A DNA stretch of 64,000 bases, taken from assembly GCA_036172245.1 (NCBI GenBank), contig JAYWIR010000031.1, forward strand, positions 372,001 to 436,000. Reading direction: 5' to 3'. This DNA comes from Raillietiella orientalis. Taxonomy: Eukaryota. The translations under genes and the position numbers were made by a program. The notes beneath the pieces are model-generated. The model had not been told where the DNA came from, did no database searches, and saw only the letters and a program-made list of their open reading frames with translations. Of this stretch, positions 1 to 11,421 are shown piece after piece. Positions within the stretch are counted from its first letter, which is position 1, and each line of letters starts with the position of its first letter.

Positions 1-860
1 CCAGCTCTCGGACACAGTACGCACGGTGTTTTTCGCAGCGCGGCGCTGCGAGCGAGTGCAAGGCGCACATACCGCCGTCGCCCCATACGAAGCACCCGCG
101 GGACGTCCGCAGCCTCGGCAGGGAACCACGAGTCTGACATGTGGAGGCCAGTCTCCGCTGCTGGACCTGAATTCTTAAGGCGCGCTGATGCGCAAAAATC
201 ACTGCCGCCGCTTCAGCGGGCGGGGCACTCCGTCGTCGGCGTACGTGTGTGGGTCGTCGTGGTTACGGGGGCAGTTCTTATAGGATGGGCCAACTCGTGC
301 CACCCTGCCGCCGAATGCACCGTCCCAAGGTTTGTCGTGGGAAAACACGCGGGAGGGGGGGGGGGGGGGAAAGGAGGAGCTGCGTAGGGATGAAGCGCCT
401 GGCACTGCGGGTGTGTTCCGAGGGTGCCCAGGAATGCAGATCTTTCGTTTCGCAACCGCTGTGGCAACCCGATTCACCGTTTGCAGAATCTCAATCTCGT
501 CTCATCTCTGATCTGCACCATGCGCTGGCTTCCCCTTGGTAACAGGACGAGCGAGTGAAGACGCCGAAACGCGCCATTCGTTGCGAAACTGAGCCCCCTC
601 CTCCGTTTCGGAGGGCCTGCTGGCATTGCGGACTCATCATCGGGAGAACAAACTTTCCTTTTCCGATCCGGAAGATTCAGGTTGTTACCCCCGCATGCAC
701 TCTCCCGGTGAACATCCTCGGGAGCCTATCGCAGCGACTGTAACGACTCGCCGTCGTTCTAATTCAAATTATGGCCGGGATCCTCCAAAGGATTCAACTG
801 CTCCTCACGAAAAAGCCCTTATCACAAGGAATTTATGCGGAAGTCCGGTTCCTTAGTTGT
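1..860 (+). pseudogene. Decayed Argonaute fragment (end of MID plus PIWI domain), runs off window start
   Basis: Frameshifted motif remnants in PIWI order: LG-GNHE (~113-133; KLGGxNH), SVVGV...AAECTV(Q) (~228-328), RVCSEG (~407-425; RDGVSEG), PAGIAD...KIQVVTPAC (~613-697; PGTVVD...GIQGTSRPAHY). No intact ORF. Confidence 0.45.
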
Positions 861-1269
861 TTTGTGTGCTCGACTCGTCTCCATTTTCAGATAACTCCGC
901 ACACGCGCTCGGAGCTTTGCTCGCTCGTCACCCGTTTCCATGGAAAGCGGCGAAACTCGTGTCAGGAGGCGACATTCCGCTCCATCGGAACGCTGCAGGC
1001 GTAGCAGACGCTCGCTACGGATCAACGGCCACTTCTTCCTCGGAGGAAGACTTTTTATTTTGGAAAGATAGGGATGAAATGTCCATGCCCACTCTCCATG
1101 CTGTGGATTTTTTCGATTCCGGCCTTCTCTGTACTCACATGCGTAGCGAGCCGCGTCGAAGTGGTGGCGTTGCTTCCACGTTCCCTTCCGCGTGCCTCAC
1201 GCCGCTTGTGGGCGTTCTTCTCGGCTTTAGGGAAGGTGAAGGAGGAAACGAAGAGTAGTTTTAGCAGAT

Positions 1270-1720
1270 GAAGGCTCCCGAAAGGAAGGGGGAGGTTCCC
1301 CCTTCCCAGAGGCGCGCAGCGGTGTTCGAACCGGCGGTGCCGATGCAAGGCGACGAGCAAAACAGTCTGGGTTGGAGGATGGCACGCGGGGACGCGGAAC
1401 AACCAACACAGAGTGGCTGGAAGCTTGATCTTTTTAAGCGCGCGTGGTCCTTGCAAGTGCGAGCATCCGCCATCACTCGGGAGGATATGTGGGCGCGATG
1501 AATGCCCGCAACATCCTCAAAAGACCAGAGAGCAGATCGACAGCGCCCTGCACGCGTCCGGCTACGCCTTTCCTCGAGGACAGGCCCTCCAAAGAAACCA
1601 TCTCTTCTTTCAGAGGGTTCAAGAACCGATTGCCTCCTTAGGGATCGCTCACGAAGCTCTTCGACGCCGCCCACTCCACCTGAGGGTGCGTGTGGTAACT
1701 CCTCAAGTTGGGGGGCAACC
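1270..1720 (+). mobile_element. Decayed non-LTR retrotransposon RT fragment (Tx1/L1-like)
   Basis: GDEQNSLGWR (KGD..L.NWRPI) and ISSFRGFKNRLP (RG.RQG.PL); the RICGR segment resembles the LINE copy at ~27270. Confidence 0.35.
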
Positions 1721-1736
1721 ACGGAGGGACCACCCC

Positions 1737-2102
1737 ATGAATCCAGGAAGGGACTCCGGAGGAAGGAGTCCGTTCCTTTCTCTCACGCTTGGGAGGAACA
1801 CCGAAGGGAACCCTTCACCCTGGTTGTCTCTGAAGGGATGCCACGGAGGGAGTCCGCTCCCCGTTTCTTCTCGAAAGGGCACCCGCGAGATGGCCGCTCC
1901 CTGTCCATCTCTGAAGAGAACCCCGAGGGTTCGGCGCTTCCAAATTCCTATGAAGGGTCGGCTTCCCGAAGGGAGCGGCGCGCTTCTCGGAACTCTGGAG
2001 AGACCATCGATCAATCAGCTCCATCTTTACCAATCGGAGGGGAACCCGAAGAATTCCCTGATTCTTGGAAGGACCCGGGAAGTCAGCTTCCAATCACAGC
2101 CA
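1737..2102 (+). repeat. Arm 1 of a diverged inverted repeat (partner 3917-4389)
   Basis: Blocks such as atgaatcc.ggaaggg, ctctgaagagaaccccga, gaagggagcggc and tggaaggacccggga recur in the same order in the reverse complement of 3917-4389. Confidence 0.8.
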
Positions 2103-2439
2103 GCCTACGGGGGCATCCGGCTTCTAGCACTTCCTCATCCGCAACCTGCAGGCCAACCAGTGTCGTCCTGCGGGGCAGGGAGACGCGAAATCCACGGCGA
2201 ACTTCTCATTTCTCGACGTCGACCCTTCCCCGGGCGGGATTCGAACTAGCGACTCTCGGCGTCACGCGTGGAGACCACTTGCTGCGCGACCGCAAACATG
2301 TGCGCCGTTTTTTCTGCAGTCTCTCCGATCCCTGGGCCTCCCTTTCCGACCCCTCCCGGAGCCCCGCTAAGCACCCACGGTTCGGCTGCTCCCCTTCTCG
2401 TCACACTCCCTCCTCGCGAGTGAAAGCGTCTTTGACGGG

Positions 2440-3880
2440 GCGGATGCAGACTGAACCGCGCGGTCCTCGTGAGGGCAGCTCGCCGTAACCACGCCATCGT
2501 CCTTCTCCCTGGGAACGGTTGGGTTCCACACACCCCAGGCGTGAGGAGGAGATTCACCGGGCAGCGCCAGCAGTGGTCATCATATGGGACCGTGTTTCCT
2601 GCTCGGTCTGTGTCGAAAACGCTGATGGCCCCGTCGTCCCTCTCCCGAGGAGCCCGGAAAATGCAAGATCTCTTGCTCCGAGCGATACGTGCGATTTCCG
2701 CCCCTGGAGGAGGAAGGGAGGAGGAGGATGCCTACTCTCCCAGCCGCGCGCGTGCGCCGAAACCGCCATGATGCTGAGAGCGCAGAGGTAGCCCCTGCGC
2801 AAGGAATGGCTGGGGGAAGTCGTGGAGAGGCTTCTGTAAGTCGCTGCTGCCCCCGGTTTTTCCTGCACGCGCGCCGAGGCCAAGGCGTCTTCCAAAAATG
2901 CCTGGAGATCCACAGTAGCGCCGCCTCCACTTCCGGAAACTCATTGCGATCCGGAGCCATTTGGCGGCTGCTCGCATTCGCCGAAAGAAATCCACAGCTG
3001 ATGATGATGGTTGTGTCGCATCTCCGCACGTGGACATCAGGGTGTCCCCTTCAGTTTTCATGCCTCGCCAAAGACGTCTCCATTCCAGAATTTTCCGAAC
3101 AGAAGAAACTCAAGGGCGCACTCGCACATTCGTTTGGGCGTTCCAATCTCGTGTGGCGCAGAAAAGCGGCAAGCCGTTCGGGAGACTTGTGAGCGCGCGG
3201 GGGGGAAAACTCGGGAAGGCAGGAGCGGAGCGGGACCGGGAGCTCTTGGAACGCTGGCGGAACGGCAGCGGGAGGTGCGCGCGGGGCTCGTGTGCCGCAC
3301 CGCTGCATCTTCAGTCGGAGGACTCGGTGGGCTCCGCTTCTGGTGTGGAAGCGCCCTCGGGGAAGGGGGAGGGGAGCGTTTCCCTACCTTTTCCGCTATC
3401 TAGATCAAACAACTCCAAGGTCATTGCTCGCTTGCCATCACGGGCCTGTGTGACATCCAGTGATGCCAGAAAGGGGTTGTCTTTCCCCTCACTATGCTGC
3501 CACCCACGTACGTCTCGTCGAGAGAAGCAAGGTTACCAGCGCGGGAAGCATCGAGAACCGCGGCAGCCTGCAAGCTGAGTTGATTTACACCCAGGACCGC
3601 TCCGGGGCGTTTATTGGAAGTAATACGCATTGCAATAAGAGGACCATTGGCCCTATCAAGTTCTCTCATTTGCACAGCTTGCCGGGCGTCCGATGCTGCG
3701 CAGACCGGAGAGCATGGCGTCGAAAACCCGCGTCTGAGGCCACATGGTTACGGTCTCCGCGCGTGGCACCACCAAGCGTCGCGAGTTCCAATCCTCGGAA
3801 AGAATCGATGCCGAGAAATGGGGGTGCGCTCGAGTTCCTCCTGCAAAATGACGCTGGTTGGCTTCTATTCGGGTGAGGAG
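2440..3880 (+). pseudogene. Decayed intronless Argonaute (N-L1-PAZ-L2-MID)
   Basis: GKSWRGFCKSL at 2814-2846 (L1 consensus EVWFGFHQSV), FSCLAKDVSIPEFSEQK (~3055-3105; PAZ SV..YF..KY), GSVSLPFPLSRSNN (L2 GRVL.PP.L.Y), RIDAEKWG (~3801-3824; KINAKLGG). Colinear, with many frameshifts. Confidence 0.55.
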
Positions 3881-3916
3881 CCGGTAGCGGTTCAAACTGA
3901 ATGCTCCCGATGAGCG

Positions 3917-4389
3917 GCCGAGATTGAGAGTCTACCCTCCCGGGTCCTTCCAGGAGACTGAATCATGGCGTGGGGGTACCCCCCGGTTGTGCAAAGGAGC
4001 AGTCCCTCCCCCCTTGTACCGATAGACCCTCTATCTCGTATTATGGAGCTGGTATGGTACCTCCAGAGTACAGGAAAGCGTGCCGCTCCCTTCAGGGAGA
4101 CCCCTTCCCAGAAAATTCGGAAGCTCCCTTCGGGGTTCTCTTCAGAGAAGGAAGAAACAGAGAGCAGTGCCCTTGAGGGTTCCCTCCGAATAAATTCCTA
4201 GTAGCGGATCCTTTCCAGGTTTCCATCGGAGAAGAAACAGTGGAGCGGTCCCCTCCGGGGGTCCTTCCAAAGAGAATAAGGAAGATTTCCTTTCAAAGTT
4301 TTCTTCGGAGACACCCAGGTTGGAGGTTCCTTCCTGGGATCCTTCCCCAGGCGTGAGAGGAACGGATCCCGAGCCCTTCCGGGATTCAT
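3917..4389 (-). repeat. Arm 2 of the diverged inverted repeat (partner 1737-2102)
   Basis: Reverse complement aligns colinearly, with indels, to 1737-2102. Confidence 0.8.
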
Positions 4390-4519
4390 AGAGTAGCTCC
4401 TTTCCGGAGCACCTTCTATCCTGAAGAATCACACGTACCCTCGGGTGGTGTGGAACGGCATCAAAGAGCTGCGTGAGTATCGCCAGCCAGGAGCGCGACG
4501 GTTCCTAAGGTACTCAGCG

Positions 4520-6780
4520 AACCAAAAAAAAGCTGAAGGGAAAACAGCGAAAACAGAAAAGAACCCAAAAGGATTTCCATCATCCATATAATACATGTAT
4601 ATATTATAATAAGCTCTGGGGGGCACAGTAAGGGATCACGGCCTGCTGGAAGCCGTCCTCTGCTTCGTTTCCAGGATGCTGGCAAGTTCATCTCTCCTAT
4701 TCTGCGAGTGAGATCATCTCATTGCCGTCCGTAAAAAACGTAGGGTGGAGTGGATGGCGTTCCTGCCGCTTCCTCCTCCACTGGAGTAATAATCCCGTGT
4801 AGGCCGCAAAGCGCTGCAAGAGATGCGGCCGGTGGCAGTGCGTCGCGCACGAAGAAGGGTCTCAGTTCGCCACTGAGGTTTCCACATGGGGTCCGAAGGG
4901 TCGTCGCTGCAAAGCGTTTCCATAACGGTCGCAGGGCAACACAGTCCACAAGCACGTGCGGGAAGGCTTCCCGTTCCCCACACCTGCTGCAATTCGGGTC
5001 CACACAACCTCAGGGTCCAGAGATGGCACACGTTGCATAGGAGGCCCCAGTGCAACAGCAGAAGCGTTGACTCCCACCACTTGAGAGAGAGGGTGTGGGT
5101 TCTTCAGGAGCGCTGGGGGCCACTCGAGATCCTCACGGGAAACGCTCAGCAGGTCTCTCCAACGCACAAGTCCTTTTGGGCTAAAGACTTGGGGTCGCAG
5201 TGTCGGTTATCTGGCCGTGGTCCAACCAATAAGCGTCCTGCTTCTGAATGAAATCTCGCAGAAGACTTCTCACTTTGCCGGTAGGTTGCTGCTGCTGAGA
5301 TGCTTCCTCAGGAAAGGCAGCGCCGCGGCAAGGGAAGTTCGTCCTGCCCACCCCCACTTCGTGGGATGCACCATGATCTCCTGGAGCGAGAAGTAGCAAG
5401 CGGAATTGAAATGCAAGAAGAGAAGCGAATGATTCGAGACTCTGTTGAAGGTACCTTCAACAGGAACAGAACGTGAGGATTCCTCCCCCCTACCTTCTTC
5501 CCTAGTTCGACTCGCAAGTAGGGCGAATTTTATTCTTTCCTTTTACGTGGACCTGTTTGGTGGCAACCGTTCGAAATAAAAAAAAGTCTTTTGAGACCCT
5601 CCACTCTTTTTCGACAGAGTTTGTGGGACTCCTCAGACTATGGGGAGTAGGAGATTGTGATATGCGGTTGATGTGGGTGGGTAGGGAAGTGTTGGAGAAG
5701 GAGTAGGGAAGGGGAGGGAATTCCTTCTCCTAGCGTGTGACCATTCAAGCCTTGCACTGACTTCTTTCTCTGCTCTCCGTATTCTTTGCAGGGCGTACCT
5801 GGAAGTTCATGCTGGCAGTTATGAATGCCTATTTCCGTCCTGAAGAGTCCCATCAAGATTTGGGAATGGGTATCTGGGACCTGCACATCACCTCGAAGCT
5901 TTGTCCTCCGGTTGAGAGTGTTTCTTATGAAAAAGGCCAGAATAACCCTTAACGCAGAGAAACACTCCTTCTCCTCGGAAGAGTCCTTGGATGTCCGACC
6001 GGTCAGGCAGAGGATTCGTTGTTTGCTTGAACACTCTCCAATCTTTGGGAGGATTCTGCAGGTGTACATATGGAGTGGACCTTCAAGCGTCCTCATACGA
6101 GACAGTCTCCGCCATCGAATCCTTGTGCCACATAGAATCCCTCCGTGATAAAGCATCAGGAGACGGTCCTGGATCTCTGACGGCACTTCAGGTCTCGAAA
6201 GGACTTCCCCTAGGGCCCGTGGGTTTAGGGGAGATTTGTTCAAGCCTTTCTCACGTCGTTTTGAGAGCTTCCTCTGCGGTGGTCTCCTGCCAAATGCGTT
6301 CCTCCAGTGCTCGAGGGTTGACACTGATTCTCTGTGAGTCCTGGTAATGCCAGAAATCGTGGGTCCGATGGGTCATCCACCTCTTGCAGCTGGCGCTTGT
6401 ACTTCCAACACTCTTCTTTCGTGGGGATGGATGAATGGTTCGAATTCTGCAATGGACAGTTCCTTCCTGCTCCAGAACCAATCTTGCATGGCCAACGGGA
6501 CTCTGATAAACAGCCCGAATGATCATGGCCAGCTCCTCGAGACAGAGTTCCCTGCTTTGAGGAGCAATCTTTAATTTTTCGCTTTTTGTCAATTTCTGTT
6601 CTCTTTCTGATGTGGGAGTCTATCAAGCGCCACTGTCTTGCCGGTACGGACAGCGCAGACGTCAGGGTGTCGGTTCATGACAAGAAGATCGCATGCATAC
6701 GTCGACAGTTCGACAATCCTAGGTAACCCTTCTCAGCGAATGGAGTCGGAATGCTGCCAAAATCCCAGAAGCAGTGGTAA
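4520..6780 (-). mobile_element. Decayed Tx1/L1-clade LINE (RT C-terminal region, zf-RVT, T-rich 3' end)
   Basis: zf-RVT motif CSRCGEREAFPHVLVDC (ORF 4719-5003) preceded by HWGLLC; GLNGHTL (LSL.GR..L); T-rich tail on the minus strand ~4520-4570; same family as 30330-31115. Confidence 0.7.
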
Positions 6781-9700
6781 AGGAGCATAAGGGAACATAA
6801 ATCTTAATGGTGCCACACACTCACGGGTTTCTAAGCATGGACGATGGTGCACCTGCTATAAACAAAACACTTTCAAAATTTGTATCAACTTCTCCTCTTC
6901 TGATACCTGCTGGCCACCCATTTTTGTTTGAATACACAGTGCAGCACCTTCTATTAAAAATGTCTGTAAATATTACAAAAGAGAAATACACAATAAATGG
7001 TGTCATCAAGAACTTGCGTCTGCAACATCCCTCCATTGATAGGAGAGAGTATGAGTGAGTTGCCGAGAAATAGGCTGCAGAACATGCGAGAACAAAGTGA
7101 TAGGAGTTCGGCAGAAAGGCTCTGTGGGCGTGGGGAGCGATAGAAAAATGAAAGCACACCTTTACTTTTAGGCTGTGTGAATGAATTTGAAGAATTCATG
7201 AGCGATTCCGTCAGACGTTCCATGAGGCAGCTACTTTGTTTTATGGTGAACCAGGAGCAATGAAGCAAGGGCGGAAAACAGCAAATAGCTTCCAGACTTC
7301 GTTTGTCGAGGAAACAAGCACGCAGCACAAAAACCTAAAGAACCATTTTTCTGCTTCGGAATGTAATAACTGATGTTATAAAACAACGTTCCTCAGCAAG
7401 GTTGACTGATGCTAGATAGCCAACAACAGAATAAGCACTGGCGAGGTAATTATGAAAATAAACAAAGATAACAAAGGAACAAAGAATGGAAGAGCCTTGA
7501 AGGGCTATGGGAGTAAACAAATCGGAATCAACCAAAACCAGATCTGAAAATCTCACACCATCCCTGCTCAAGAATGATGATAAACCTCCAGCCTAGGAAA
7601 CACAAGATTCGTCTGGAGCCTCAAAGGAGTTCCAACTCCGCCCTCAGACGAAAAGGAAAAAACATTCTGCCGGTTCAAGAGATTCAGGAGCACTCTAGAT
7701 TCCTGATATTTGAAGTCAGAGTAGAAACTGACATCATTCGGTGAGCTTTAAAAATCTGCGTCAGTTGAGAACTCGGCATGTAGAGGGTTCTCCAATACTT
7801 TAGAGAAAAACTGCAGCCATAAAGAGGAACGTTGATCAGAGAGGACATTTCATCGGAGCTTTCTTAGAGAAGAAAAGAGATAAAATGGCATGAAATATAA
7901 TAAAATACCTTTCTGCTTATGCATTCTTTATTTTTTCCCCTTTATTTCTGGACAAAGGAAAATTAAGACAGCAGTACTACCCATCAAAGTATGAGCGAGA
8001 AAAATTAAGTGCAAACGATCCAGAGCATAGGAGGAATTCACTGTTTAGCCTGATACCAGGGTCAGTCCATCAGATCCAATGACAACATCGAGATCTGTTA
8101 ATACTTAATACAACAGCTTGAAGAGTACTTAGGTGCCTAGATACTTGAAGTGTACCAGAGGTGTGACCTCAAAAATGTGACGAAAAAGTTGTTATAAAAG
8201 TTCATAGAAAAAGAATAGAACTGAAACGATGCGGAGCAAAATAATGAAAAATCCTCTAATCAGGATTAATACTGGAACTTGGGAATCTGACGATCCTATC
8301 AAATAGTATTCAGCAGACAGGACCGGTTTCCGTTCAGATAAGATGCGGCCAGAAACATATCAGAAATTTCAATCTCTAATTCACACGCACAGAACAATAA
8401 GGACTGAAATGCATATGATCACCAAGAGATGTTTATTATGCTCACAGAGAAATTAGTGAATAAAAGCATTCCTCTGCCTTAGGAAAGCCGAGATGCCGAA
8501 ACACTCGTGAAAGTGACGACAGCTTAAACTTCGGGAAAAAATGATGGATGCTGATATAGTTCTTAGATCTCTAAAGGTAAACCGAAAAGGAATATGCACA
8601 AGCACCGAATGAGGATATAATACATTGAACACAGCAATGGAAAAACTGATAGCCTATGTGATGACGGGTGTTATGGTTGATGGGATTCACAAATTAAGCG
8701 GTTCTGGAAGCCCAATGTAAACAGAAAACTGAGTTAAGAAGAACCCGATAAGATTGATTAAAAGGAGTGAATCGAAAAAATACAAACACAGCAGACAATT
8801 CAAAGGATCGAAGAATCAGAGAAATAGGAAGCTTACTGTGGAAGAACATTGCTACAAAATAAAAAGCAAATCAAAGCAGACCTTTACTATTCGAATCAGC
8901 AATAATGAAGTGAAAAAAAGAAAAAACAGCAACTTCCTACATAGGTCATACAGAATCTTAACTTCTAGTAATTATGATTAAAGAAATGAGGATTCAAAAA
9001 TTCATTTCATTCTATGACAGTAATGCATATAAATTTCCAACAAACATCATTGGATAATACATTACTAATTTTTTTACGAGATGATAAGGGATTGTAGGGA
9101 ATTTGTAAGGAATAGTAAGGAATTTGTTTCCATGATGGTTTTCAGAGCAAAAACAGGATTGCAGAATCTTGCAGAAGTTTTCATGTCTCAATAACTCTTT
9201 CTCATCTTTCTTTTTGTAATTTCGTAAGGAATTCATCCATGGAGAGGGAGGAAAATATTGCAAACCTACTAATGAAACAAGCAGAAAGAACTAGGCTATC
9301 TCCAAGGTATGGTGTGATTAAGTGGGAAATGTACTGGATATTTGCTTAGAAGTATGTTTTCTCGGTTGTTTGATTCGTTTGCAGTAAATGTGGATGTCAG
9401 ATTTCGTTGATTTTCGTTTTCTGAGTCGCTTTTCCTCTTCCTCCACAGTTATGTGATTATGGTCTTTTTAATATTCACCTTCGAAAACAAAATATGGAAA
9501 ACAAAAAAATAAAGCACTAAATAAATCTAAAATGTAGGTGACAGATACTTATTTTCTAAGTAAAGTGCAAAAGCATTACATTCCACGAAAACTTCTAAAT
9601 ATGTTTGCATAACTGTCAAGTGAATATTATTCATGACTAGAGATTAGATAAGGCCCCTGTCTAATTTTGGAGTAAATTCACGTCATGTTAGCGTACATGG

Positions 9701-11421
9701 TGATAACTCAGTTCAACTATTAAACATATTTGACAACATTTTACAGCCCTTTAAGAAATATCAATGTTCTACTAATGAGGGACCATTGCCACTTTGTGAT
9801 ATTAAATTCATTCAATTAATTAATTCTGTAAAGTACTAAAATAGTAATTAAGTTATTTGATTATACATAATTTTACATTTTGATGCAGTTCGATATCCAG
9901 TTATTTGTAAGTTTATTGAATCCTTAAATTGTCAAGTTGCTATTTCTCATAGCTTTATCCATAGAAAGCAAGGATGTGGCATTTGAGTAGGCTGCAGGAA
10001 TCTGCCATGAATACGAATTATTGTAATCATTGCATATGCTATGTTTGCACGAGAAAAAATCAAAGCACAATAATGCCAGAAAATCTCATAACAGCATCTG
10101 TTTATGCATTACGTGCAAAAATAGCCGTATCTATAGATAAACAAGCGAAACATACCCGCTCTCTTATAGGGTAGTGGACGTAGGCAATGGGGCAAGTGGT
10201 GAGTTAGGGAAAAATGTGGCTGGCACCCTGTTGATGCGGTGTCGAACATTTGGCTAACCATGCTGATGTGTAGCGTGTGTGGATTTGCTGTTCACGTGCG
10301 AATTGATCCGCTTATCTCGTTGCTTACGTGTGCGTTTAATACTCCCCTTTTTCGGGTTTTCTGGGACAGAATTCGAGTAAACTGATCGTTTATAGTATTT
10401 ATTCGTTCTTAATGGGCGTAGTACCCATTTAAATGGGAAATAGAGAAGTTTTGAAGATGTATTCCAAAAGTTATTCATTCTCAGTTATGTATCTTCACTG
10501 GAGCGAAATTTCTTTAATGAATTATGGAAATATCCTAAGGGTATCGTTTACTTACGATGTTTTTGTACTCTGGAGAATTTTAAAGGGGTTCTTGAAATCC
10601 TGGACATAACACAAGTTGTACCTTGCGTAATAACGGAGGAGTGACAACAGTAGGCAGAAACATTAATGCAAAAATGATTATTATTTGATTCCTTTATTCA
10701 TTTTGGGCAATAAATGTTTTGTTGCACAATCAGTATGCCAGAGGTTTTTCATTTTCTGAACTGAAACCAACGTATTCAAATCTTAGAAATGAAGTTCATT
10801 AGGTATTGATGTATGCATCCCAATCGAAAAGTTACATTTGGAAATTATTTCAGAGTTTCCTTATTTTGGTTGCTTGTATTTCGCGGTACTCTGTAATTAG
10901 TAGAGTTCATTAGTACAAAAGGTAGTCTACGTAGTGAAACTAGGTTTTTTAATACCAAAGAGTCTAAGTTTCAGCATTGGAATTGAGCATCAGAAAGATT
11001 CATGATTTCTTTGCGTTGAAAATTTTCAAGGCAAAGCAGTTTCAGTAATTAATTTAGTCATACATGGATTTGCCTAAAGAGTACTTAAACCTTCAATTTA
11101 TTCCTTTGTAATACATCACAAAGGAATAAATTCGAGATGCTGCCTTTTCATTTAAAGCACTTCGTAGAAATGAATCACCCTTAACTAAAACCGAATTTCA
11201 CACGGATAAAAAGATATGCAGCAATGCTCATGTAGGCTGTATTTCAGGATTTGGATTTTTTTAGTAATGAAATCACTGAATTCGTGGAATTAAAATTCAG
11301 TAGAAAACCATGTAAATCCTAATCCCATTTAATACTTTTGCATATTTGAATTATTTCAAGTTCAGTGTTTTGAAAGTAAAACAAACGCAGATGAATTATT
11401 TAATGCAAAAACTTTGCCAGA

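Noticed and set aside
232..243. YADD on the minus strand suggesting a reverse transcriptase
   Set aside because: No flanking RT motifs; the plus strand fits PIWI-domain remnants better.
139..6626. Many overlapping long ORFs in the GC-rich left end
   Set aside because: Expected from high GC; they are shadow frames of decayed Argonaute and LINE sequence.
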